Position numbers and translations under genes: made by a program
Part shown: positions 42,033 through 51,100 of the stretch, in pieces
How the letters are laid out: each line of letters opens with the position of its first letter
Position numbering within the stretch: the stretch's first letter is position 1
Source: a candidate division FCPU426 bacterium
GTDB taxonomy: Bacteria; Oederibacteriota; Muellerivitia; Muellerivitales; Muellerivitaceae
Direction: 5' to 3'
DNA: 64,000 bases
Assembly: GCA_963771075.1 (NCBI GenBank)
Contig: CAVYSE010000028.1
Location: forward strand, 1 to 64,000
Notes under the pieces: model-generated
The model's database searches: none
What the model was told of the DNA's origin: nothing
The model's input: only the letters and a program-made list of their open reading frames with translations

Positions 42033-44310
42033 AGGTGAATCTCCAAATCTCGTCATTACGCGCGTAGGCGGCATTGTCGGCCCAAGTGTAATTGGTGAGG
42101 AAACAATCGGCCCGGATGTTAATCACGTTGCTCAAGGGATATTTCACCCCGAAGGCCCAGGTTTGCCGGGTCATGTTCATGGGCTGGTACACGAATTGGC
42201 CGCTTTGATTCAAGACGGGATCGATGTAAAAAACGTACTGGCCCAAAGTGGGCGGGTTGCCGTCCTGGTTGAGGACATATTCGCTTCCGGTGCTTTGGGT
42301 CTGCTCAAAAGCCGCCGACCAGACGGTGGTCCCGAACAATTTGAGGGGAATGTTGAAATCCGCCGCGGTAATGATGGTATTGGAAGTGAAGGGGGGATCG
42401 CCCATCCCCAGGTTCGTGGTCTGGTTCTTGTAATCCACCTGGAGGTCGTAGGTCTTTCCGCTCAGGCCCGCCAGCTTGGCGAAATGGAACGTCAGGGCCC
42501 CTTCCCCGCCCCCGAAGGTCCGGGCCATCGCGGTATTGCTTTGGCTGTCCACCGGGAGGAGTCCCGTGCCCGAGGTATTGAGGACTAGGTTCGGCTGGAG
42601 TTCATGCGCACTCATGACCACCGAGGCCTGGGGTTGGAGCCAGCCCTTTTCCCCCACCGCACCGGAAAGGCCCAGAAGGAATACCTGCCGGTTGGGCGTG
42701 GCATCCCCGTAAGGCAGCATGTTTTCCGCCGTGCGGTCATAGGGAGCGAAATAGGGCCGGTTCACGCCCTGGAAAGGGCTTTGGTTCAACAGCCCGGGGG
42801 CCGCGTCATCCAGGCCGGTCAGGTTGTTCGTCATATAGCCCTGGGCCGATTGGTCGGGGGAATAGCGGTTGGTTTGGGCCCCCGGCGAGTAGAAATAGGG
42901 ACCCACGTTCAGGTATTTGGTCGAGAGCTTGAGCCCGTAAACCTCCAGGCCCCCTTCCACGGACAAGGCCCAATCCTGGAAGACCGCCGCCGAATTGGTG
43001 GCGTCGTCGTTGTACTGGCTGAAGGCGCTCTCAAAACCAGCCGTCAATTTGATCTTTTCATCGAAGGGCACCGAGGCTTTCGACCAGACGCTTCCCACCT
43101 CATAGCTCTTGGCGTAATTGTCCGGGTAACCGGGAATATAGGGAACTTGGCCGCTGGCCGAATCCTGCCAAAGAAGAAGGCCCGTCAAACCCACCACCAG
43201 GTTTTGCTGCAGGAAGCCCAGGGAACCCTGCCCCCCCGCGAAGTAATTCCCGAAAGTGAGGGCGCCGATGTTGTCGCCCGGGTCCTGTTCCACCCCGACC
43301 ATGGACTCCAAATGGTAACTGCTCAGGTCCCAATTTTTACCCCAAGTCTCACCCACCGAGCCCTGGAAACCGCGCATTTTCCAATCATTGCCATGGTCCA
43401 AATAAAGCAGGTCCTCCGCATCATTGCGGGTCCGCTGGAGGGAGGTTGGGTCCACGAAAGTGTAAACGGGCGCGTTGAAATTCCATAAGGTGAAGGGCGT
43501 GTAGCTCTTGTAGAAATCACCTCCCTGGAATGTGGCGGCGCCGCTATAGCCGGAAAGGCTGATCCAGCGCAACTGATAGGGGGGCTGGATGGGGTCCTGG
43601 TAATACATGCCGATGGAGCGCCAAAAGCGGAAACTCACGTTGAAGAGAACGTCGGGAACGGGCACGCTCCGCAGGTCCAAATTCATGAAAATGGCCGCGT
43701 TGTAATCCATGGAAGGATAGGGCGAGTCCCCGAAGCCCCGGTAGAGGTACATATAACCGCGCGACTCCCCGCCGACCTCGGTGCCGGAGCGGGTCAAGTA
43801 TTTTTTCTGGAGGGCGGAAAAAAGTTCGTCGCGGGTCTGGGCGTCCACCAGGCGTTGTTCCAGCCGGTCCACCTGGATCCCCATGGCCGTCAATTCTGAG
43901 GCGAATTCATCGACCAATTGCTCGAAGCTCCGGGCCGGAACAACCTGGGCGGGAGAAGCGGCGGTGCTCCCTACCGGCGCCGGGGGCGATGAAAGGGTCG
44001 GCTCAGGGAGAGTGGGTATGCCCGTGTCGGGAACGGGAAGAAGGCCGGCATCGGCCTGGGCCAGCACCATTTGGGAAGCCTGGGCAGTCAGCTGGGCCAC
44101 TTCCAGGTTGGACATTTGCTCGACGTCCTTGTTGGGGTCGGGGACGAGACCCGATAGGATCAGGTCGTTCACCGCTAGATTGATCCAGGAGTCGCGGTCA
44201 TTCGTCGCCAACCGGCCATGGTCGGCCAGGGCGGGCAGGGCCAGGCCCAGCCAAAGGGCCAGGAAGGGGGTTAGCTTTTTCACCATCGCGTTAAGTTTCA
44301 AAGGTTCCAT
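42016..44310 (-). CDS. SLH-like/coiled-coil/beta-barrel outer-membrane protein 2
   Basis: SW..LAV.DL..SGLV..MSNLEVA; EQLVDEFASELTAMGIQVDRLEQR (OmpM/cyanobacterial-porin-like stalk); ends FTYEAHY. Confidence 0.72.
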   Translation of the reverse strand: MEPLKLNAMVKKLTPFLALWLGLALPALADHGRLATNDRDSWINLAVNDLILSGLVPDPNKDVEQMSNLEVAQLTAQASQMVLAQADAGLLPVPDTGIPTLPEPTLSSPPAPVGSTAASPAQVVPARSFEQLVDEFASELTAMGIQVDRLEQRLVDAQTRDELFSALQKKYLTRSGTEVGGESRGYMYLYRGFGDSPYPSMDYNAAIFMNLDLRSVPVPDVLFNVSFRFWRSIGMYYQDPIQPPYQLRWISLSGYSGAATFQGGDFYKSYTPFTLWNFNAPVYTFVDPTSLQRTRNDAEDLLYLDHGNDWKMRGFQGSVGETWGKNWDLSSYHLESMVGVEQDPGDNIGALTFGNYFAGGQGSLGFLQQNLVVGLTGLLLWQDSASGQVPYIPGYPDNYAKSYEVGSVWSKASVPFDEKIKLTAGFESAFSQYNDDATNSAAVFQDWALSVEGGLEVYGLKLSTKYLNVGPYFYSPGAQTNRYSPDQSAQGYMTNNLTGLDDAAPGLLNQSPFQGVNRPYFAPYDRTAENMLPYGDATPNRQVFLLGLSGAVGEKGWLQPQASVVMSAHELQPNLVLNTSGTGLLPVDSQSNTAMARTFGGGEGALTFHFAKLAGLSGKTYDLQVDYKNQTTNLGMGDPPFTSNTIITAADFNIPLKLFGTTVWSAAFEQTQSTGSEYVLNQDGNPPTLGQYVFYIDPVLNQSGQFVYQPMNMTRQTWAFGVKYPLSNVINIRADCFLTNYTWADNAAYARNDEIWRFTYEAHY

Positions 44311-44315
44311 TTCCG

Positions 44316-47036
44316 TTAAAACAAGAATTTAATTTTGCTGAAAAACTGGTCGCCCGAATAGTTGTTCACCGGCACATAGGCGTCGGCAAAGTCGATATGC
44401 TTATAACGGAACTCCAGCTTCCCGCCGCCCCAGGGGATATCCCAGCCCAACCCTAAGCCGTACTCGTTGGTCTGGTAATTCACTTGCGGATAGGTGTAAT
44501 TGGAGGTCCAGGTTTCCACGCCCCTATCCACCATCAGGTCCAGGTTCTTGATGATATTGACCATGAGCGCGCCGCTGAAAACCTGTTGGGTGAAAAGGTT
44601 GGGGAAACTGCCTCCGGCCAACGAGGGGGCGTTGGAGGTGGGTGAGCCCGGGGATGGCGCGGTCCCGTTGGCCGCCGCGTTGGGATTCAGGAAATCGGTG
44701 GCCGCGGCCGATGCCGCGGAAACCTGGTTATCCGTCATGTAAAAGGAAAGATCCACCGGAAGGGGCGTGTGCAGCCAATCCCCTGCTTTGATCTTGGTGG
44801 TGAGCGTGATGTAGTTGTAGCTCTTCAGGCCCTGGATATTGGCGTACTCGTTGAAACCCTTGGATAACCCGCTCGTGTAGGTGGCCGGGGCCTGGCCTGT
44901 GGCGCCGGGGGTGAGGCTTAAGTTACCGCCATTGTTGTAAATAGGCAGGATCAGGGGGAGGCGCTCGGAGGTCATCCGGAACTGATACCTTACGTCGTCG
45001 TTGATGATATCCCCGTCGTTGCGCATGGCTTCTATATTATTGATGTAGTCCTGGCGCACCGGGTTCACGTTGGGGGAATAGTTGCCCCACATGTCCAGGC
45101 CCCAAAGCCCCTCGTCGTCGGGATAATAAAAACTCAGGAACTGGGTGGGTTCGACGGTGTTGTACCCTTCCGGGTCCTGCTCGGAGACGTACTCGTTCTT
45201 TTGGGAGATGTCGAAATTGACCACGATGGAGTCCAGGAAGGAGGGCCATTTCTTCATGAAATCCTGCTTGCGCCCGCTCCAGCCGAAATTGAAGCGCCAG
45301 CCGTAACGGTCGGTCTGCAGGTTGTCCACTTCCCCGACGGCGCCGTAAACGTCCTGGAAATCCGAGGGGTTGAAGGAAAGGCCGTAGTGGAAGAAGTTCA
45401 GGCCGCTCATGGTGACCTTGCTTTGGAAATCGGAATAGGCGTCGCCGATGGCGAACCCGTAAACAGTGAATGGATAGAAGGCCACCGAGCCTTGGCCCGC
45501 GCCCGACTCGATGGGGCTGGAATCGAGCACGGTGTTGCCGGTGTTCAGGAATTCCGGCCCCTGGATCTGAGTGCCGGTATAGAAATGGGAGAAGGCCCCA
45601 TCCAGGCCGATCTGCAGCTTGTTCAGGTTGAAAAAGATGTCCGCCTCATAATCTTTCATGTCCAGCTGGGGCGTAAGGGGCTGAACCATGCCTAAATTGT
45701 CGTTCACCCATTCCGCCGAGAAGGCGGTTCGGATCAGGTTATTGGCCCAGGGCTCCTCGATCTTGAGGCCTTCTTCCCAGCGCTGGGTCTGGAAGGGGGT
45801 TTCCCCCATGCGACCCACGATGAACCACATGCGACCGCCTTGGGCCATCCAGGGCAGGTCGTGCCCCACCGCGTACATGCCGTCGAACACACGGTCGCTG
45901 GCGGATTGCACGTTCCCGGCGGACGCCGCGTAGGCGGGGATGTAGCTGACCTGGGACATGTAATCGTCCCAGTTTTTGCCGTTCTTGTCATCGTTGAAAT
46001 TCTTGATGTCGAAGGGATCCTCAAAGCGCTTGATGGAGTTGTTGGCGTAGCCCCGGCTGAAATTTCCGAAGGTCGTGTCGGGCTGGTAGCATTCCACCGC
46101 GAAGGTGGTGTCCCATTTGCCCAGCCCGCCGTAAAGGTGGAAGGTCGCGCTGGGGTTACCGAGGTAAATGGAGGCGGGGGCGGTTCCCACGCCCGCCACC
46201 TGGTACTTTCCCGAGAAGTTGTCGAAGGGCAGGATCATCCCGAAACCGGTGGAGACGGTCCCCAGGCCTCCCATGTCGGTGTACATTCCGACCCAGGCCT
46301 CCTGGAGGATCTTCGTGGCGCTTTCCTGGGCGATGCCGGTCAGGTTCAAGTTCTCGAAGCGTACGTTGGTGTTGGTGTTGAAGTTGGGGATCCCGACGGA
46401 CTTGTTGGCCTTTTTCCAAACCGAATCCACGTCATCCTGGACCTTCTTGAGACTTTCCAGTTCGGCCTGGCGGTCCTTCAACCTTTCGTCCTCCTGGGCC
46501 AGGCGGGTCTTGAGGATCTGGGTGGAGTCGCCGAGTTGTTTCAGGAGTCTCTCGATTTCCGTTTTGGCGGACGGCGGATAATTGGGTGCCAGGGTCGGAA
46601 CCGGGACGGGTGTGTTCTCCGGGGGGGCGAGGGGAGCCATGGTCGGGACGGGAACCGCCTCCGGCACCAAGGGTTCCGGAATGGCGGGAGGGGCGACTTC
46701 CGGGACGGATGGGATGCTCACGGGTGCCGTGGGCAGGGTCACCGGGACAGGGGTGGGTACGGGCGTGGGTGCGATTCCCAGGGTGGGTGCCTCAATACGG
46801 GCTTTGGCCTTCTCGGTATAAAAAGCCAATTCCATTCGGGTCACGACCTTGCCCTGGTCCAAAACCTGCTGGTCGTCCGGGTCCAATAGTCCGTAGGTTT
46901 CCAGGTGCTTCACCTGCTGGTAAAGGGGCGCGTCGGAAGTGACTTCCTCGTAGGGGTTGGCCTGTAAGGGGCTCGCGGTAAAGATACCCAGCAAACCCGC
47001 CAGCGCCATCAAAAGGATTAAAAATTTAAGTTTCAA
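44316..47036 (-). CDS. SLH-like/coiled-coil/beta-barrel outer-membrane protein 1
   Basis: ANPYEEV....LYQQVKHL..YGLL...VTRMELA; Pro-rich linker; coiled coil; ends SKIKFLF. Confidence 0.72.
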   Translation of the reverse strand: MKLKFLILLMALAGLLGIFTASPLQANPYEEVTSDAPLYQQVKHLETYGLLDPDDQQVLDQGKVVTRMELAFYTEKAKARIEAPTLGIAPTPVPTPVPVTLPTAPVSIPSVPEVAPPAIPEPLVPEAVPVPTMAPLAPPENTPVPVPTLAPNYPPSAKTEIERLLKQLGDSTQILKTRLAQEDERLKDRQAELESLKKVQDDVDSVWKKANKSVGIPNFNTNTNVRFENLNLTGIAQESATKILQEAWVGMYTDMGGLGTVSTGFGMILPFDNFSGKYQVAGVGTAPASIYLGNPSATFHLYGGLGKWDTTFAVECYQPDTTFGNFSRGYANNSIKRFEDPFDIKNFNDDKNGKNWDDYMSQVSYIPAYAASAGNVQSASDRVFDGMYAVGHDLPWMAQGGRMWFIVGRMGETPFQTQRWEEGLKIEEPWANNLIRTAFSAEWVNDNLGMVQPLTPQLDMKDYEADIFFNLNKLQIGLDGAFSHFYTGTQIQGPEFLNTGNTVLDSSPIESGAGQGSVAFYPFTVYGFAIGDAYSDFQSKVTMSGLNFFHYGLSFNPSDFQDVYGAVGEVDNLQTDRYGWRFNFGWSGRKQDFMKKWPSFLDSIVVNFDISQKNEYVSEQDPEGYNTVEPTQFLSFYYPDDEGLWGLDMWGNYSPNVNPVRQDYINNIEAMRNDGDIINDDVRYQFRMTSERLPLILPIYNNGGNLSLTPGATGQAPATYTSGLSKGFNEYANIQGLKSYNYITLTTKIKAGDWLHTPLPVDLSFYMTDNQVSAASAAATDFLNPNAAANGTAPSPGSPTSNAPSLAGGSFPNLFTQQVFSGALMVNIIKNLDLMVDRGVETWTSNYTYPQVNYQTNEYGLGLGWDIPWGGGKLEFRYKHIDFADAYVPVNNYSGDQFFSKIKFLF

Positions 47037-47084
47037 AACAAGTCCCTTGAATTCATAGGTATTGAAAAATCCGTCTCCCAGGCT

Positions 47085-47855
47085 TTAAAAAAACTCGATG
47101 TCATCCACCCAATAATCGATGTTATAAGTCCCGGCGTTGTTGTCTCCGCCGTGATCCCACTTGACATAAACGAATTCATTGAGATGGTCCACCAAATCCG
47201 GAGGAACCACGGGGGAACCCCACCCAGGCTCCCGAGGCAGTTCGGTGAATTTATAGGAACAAAACTTCCAGTCGGTCGTAGGGGCCATATAGGCGCCGAA
47301 ATGGTTGTAACAATCGGTCGCGCAGGTCCCTCCGTCCTGCGGGGGCAGGGTGGGCGAGGTTCCGATGGCAAAACGCCGCTTGATGGCCTGGTCGTCCTCG
47401 GGGCACTTGTAATAAAACTGGATTCCGGAAAAGGCGCTGGCGTCATAAAAACCGCCCGACTTGAACTGTCCCTGCAGGGTGAAGGAGGGATAGGACCGGT
47501 CTCCCTTGTCCGTCAGGCTTCCGGTCACGTGGGCGCAAAAGGGCAATCCGTTGGGCCCGCCCTTGTCGATAAAAACAGGGTTCGGAGTGTTCCCCGCGAA
47601 TGAAAAAACCATAAAAGAACCAGTGGCGCCGCCGTAAAGTTTGGAGTTGATCGCCTTGTTGCCGCCCTCGAAATTGCAGATGATTTTTTGTTCGGCGGGA
47701 ACGATGACTTTCGGCTTACTTAAATCGGGATTGACCAATCCGTCCCGCAGGGAGGACATCTTGGAACCAGGATTGATGAAGACTGCGCCACAGCCGGCGA
47801 GGACGAACAGGAGGAAAAGCCCCAGGCACCAAGCGTAAAATTTCGGGGAAAACAT
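47085..47855 (-). CDS. Lipoprotein with CBM11/CIA30-like domain (paralogue A)
   Basis: Lipobox LAGC; NFEGG, YDASAFSGIQF, C...CYNHF, PGWG, DYWVDDIEFF. Confidence 0.68.
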   Translation of the reverse strand: MFSPKFYAWCLGLFLLFVLAGCGAVFINPGSKMSSLRDGLVNPDLSKPKVIVPAEQKIICNFEGGNKAINSKLYGGATGSFMVFSFAGNTPNPVFIDKGGPNGLPFCAHVTGSLTDKGDRSYPSFTLQGQFKSGGFYDASAFSGIQFYYKCPEDDQAIKRRFAIGTSPTLPPQDGGTCATDCYNHFGAYMAPTTDWKFCSYKFTELPREPGWGSPVVPPDLVDHLNEFVYVKWDHGGDNNAGTYNIDYWVDDIEFF

Positions 47856-48016
47856 AGCGACCTCATCCGGGGGATAACAGAGCCAAAGCCCGTGTATTTT
47901 ACTAAAAGGTGGGAAGGGACGTTAGTTTTTTTTCAAGGAACCATCATGTAAATTTTTTAACCCTATGGATAGCCGCCGGTAGAGGGGGAGATCAATCCCT
48001 AGCACTGGGGAGTTGA

Positions 48017-48029
48017 ACCGTTAAACGGT
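48017..48029. promoter_or_regulatory. Palindromic candidate regulator site upstream of the porin/lipoprotein unit
   Basis: ACCGTT-A-AACGGT about 165 nt upstream of 47855. Confidence 0.35.
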
Positions 48030-48195
48030 CACGCTTCAAAGCTTTTGGGTTGTTGAATGAATTATTTCGCGACATAAAAAAGGGCTTTCAAAGTACCCCT
48101 GGACGGAAATCAGGATTTTTTACCACTTCGTTTCGGGAGAATCTCCAGATTCCTTACCCCGGTTCGTGGCTAACACCATCACCCCGCCGAATGAA

Positions 48196-51100
48196 TCAGG
48201 GCTTCGGTTTCCGAGCCGGGGAGGTTCCCGTGACTCCCTTCACATAGGCGAAGTCAAAGGCGTGCACCGAGTCATCCGGGGTCTCCACCAGGATAGCCGC
48301 CATGGTCTGGCTGTCCCGCTCGGGCTGCGCCTCCTTGGGCAGGTTCACGAACATGCTCTTCACCCGAACCACCATGCCGGGGGAAACATCCAGGGGACCC
48401 ACCGTCGAAAGCACGTTGTAATAGTCCTTCGTGGTGTCCAATTGCCTCAAGATCAAACCCTTGATGGTATTGGCGGTCGGGTTATGGATATCCACCGTCA
48501 AGGGTACTTCTGCGCCCAAAGACGCTTCCTTGGGCGCGGTCAGGCTCACCTCCACCGGCAGCAGTCCCTCCTCCTGGCGCAGGGTCGTGAAGGCCTTCCC
48601 GCCCGAGATCGCCCATTCCATCCGGGAATAGGGGCCCCGGACGCCCCAGATCAGGCGGTAAAGGTCATGCCAGAACATGCCCAGGTTGGCGTTCAAGCCG
48701 TACCAAAGGTTGAATGTTTCTACTTCCCGGTTATAGAGTTCCTCCGGCGCGGGAGGATCCAGGCTTTTCTGCACCATGTTAAAATCAACTTCCTCGCCCG
48801 GAACGTACATGCCCCCTTCCCGGGAAAGGTACCCCGGCCAATGCCGTTTCATGTCCTCGATGGTGCTGCGATCCCCCTCATAAAGCATGATGTGGTTGAA
48901 GTTGATCCCGGCGTCCACCAGCATGGCCGGGTCTTGCCCGTGTTGGTGCCCCATTTCCCAACCCAGGGTGAAGGTAAAAACGGGCTTCGTCATTTTTGCC
49001 TGGTCCAGGACATTTTTCAGCACCATCGCCACCTTGTGCGCCCGCCACCACTCGAAAAGGGCTACCACCTGCGGATCCGTATTTCGTTCCACGGTATGGG
49101 CCAACCAATGGATGCGGTCGGGCTCGGCCATCGTGTCGAAACCCTCGGGCAGGTTCATGTTCAGGTCCTTCACGAACTCATCCACCAGCTCATAACCCGC
49201 AAAACCGGTACGGACGTAATCCAGCCCCACGAAATCCACGTTGGAGTCTTTGTTCATGGTCTGGAGGAAATCCAGGATGTCCTGCTGGCGTTTCGGGTCG
49301 TCGAGGGAAATGAACCGGGTCTGGATTACCTGATCCGTGCTCAAGTCATAGCCGAGGGAGAATTGATAAGGGGCCTGGTGCCATCCGTCCCCCTCGACCT
49401 TGAAGGTGGTCATGTAGGCTGCGTACTTTATCCCCGCCGCGTGGGCGGCCTGGGCGTACTTGCGCCCGTTCTCCATTTCCTCCCGGTTGAAGGGAAAATC
49501 CTGGGGATAAAATCTTTCCCAAATGGAGGTATCCCCCACCAGGTTGCAAAAAACGTTAGCGCCCATGAATTTCGTCCAATCGATGGCGTGGGCCGGGCTC
49601 ATGGTGCCGCTGGCGTCCAGCGATGGAATGGCCCCGCGGATCAACTGTTTGCCCCCCTCCATGGTCAGGACCGCGTAACCCGGATCCAGGCCGGAAGGCC
49701 TCAGGGGCGGGATGGTGAAGGCCGATTGAAAGACCCTCGGGTTGGAACGATCCGGGTCCACCAGGACCAATTGGGCCAGGTAGGTGCCCGGCCGGGGGTT
49801 AAACGGAACGGGCCAATTGCCCGAGAATTTCCGGCCTTCCGCTTCTTTTCTTAATTCCACCCTCGTATGGCCGTCCACCAGGGTGACCGGTTTCCCGTTC
49901 ATGAGAACTTCCACATAGGCGTGGCTGTTCACGAAACGCCTATAGTTCATGGAGCTGACTTTCAACTCAAAGGGCACCATCTCATACCTTAAAAAGCTGC
50001 CCTTGGGCATGAGGGCCACCACATCGGGGATTTCCAGGGAGAGGGTCTTGAGAGGAATGGTTTGCTGACTCGCCAAGGAGGTCAGGGTGGCCTTGGCCAG
50101 GAAGGCCAACACCAAAAAACCGAACAGGACCCCTAGGAAACCCCAGGCCCGGCGGGAAGAATTCTGTTGAAGAACCCAAGCTTCCTTTAATTTTTCCAGG
50201 CCGGACCCTATCCCGGCGAAGATCGAACGGGAAGTGGAAATAACCGGGCTTGGATCCTCGGCCGTGAAAAGGGGGTCTACGGAAACGGAAGAAGGCGTGG
50301 CAGGCTCACGGTTAGAAATGGGCTCGGCGGCCTGATCGATCCCCATCGACCCTTCCAAGATCATCCGTTGGAGTCTTTCCTCGGAAATGAATCTTTCGGT
50401 TTCAGTCGCGGACGGCGGAGACGCCTCCAATGGATTGGTTTTCCCCGATTTTTCCGCTAAAGAGGGCGCTTCGGATAGGTTCTCAATGACGGTCTCCTCG
50501 TCATGGATCGCGTTTTCCAGGGCCTCCCCAATGGTCGTGAATTTCATCCGGTCCTCTTCGGACATCTCCTCAAGGACGGTCCCTCTTGTCAGGGCTTCGG
50601 TTTCCAAGGGGCCAGGTTCCTCATTGCGAGCTTTATCCTCGGTTGACAAGTTTTGGAGGGCAGGTCCGGCCATGAGAGGTGAAGGCATCTCCTGGGGCAA
50701 TTCATCCTCCGGAAGGGAACCCCACAAAAAACGCCGAATGGCTTCTTCCCGCTCCGCCGGATTGGCGGAAGCACGCGTGATGTTAGCTGGATCGGCCGCC
50801 TTTTTAGCCGCTGCTTTGGCTCGCGCCCAGTTTCGATAGGCCTGTTGAGCCCCTCCCCATAATTGCATTGCTTGGTTTTGCTTCCCCCGGACCCAAACCC
50901 AAGCCGAAGACGCTGTTCCCAGGGCGGAGGAAACTCCCCTCCCCAAGAGTCTCACGGTGTTCAGGAGGATTGAATCTCCCGGTTTTTGGACTTCCTCCCG
51001 TGGGAGTCGGAAAGGCTCCAACGCTTGGCGAATGGTGGCGTCGACGGTCGACTCCCGGGGGATAACCCGGTTGAGGCGGACCACCGTCTCCACGTGATAG

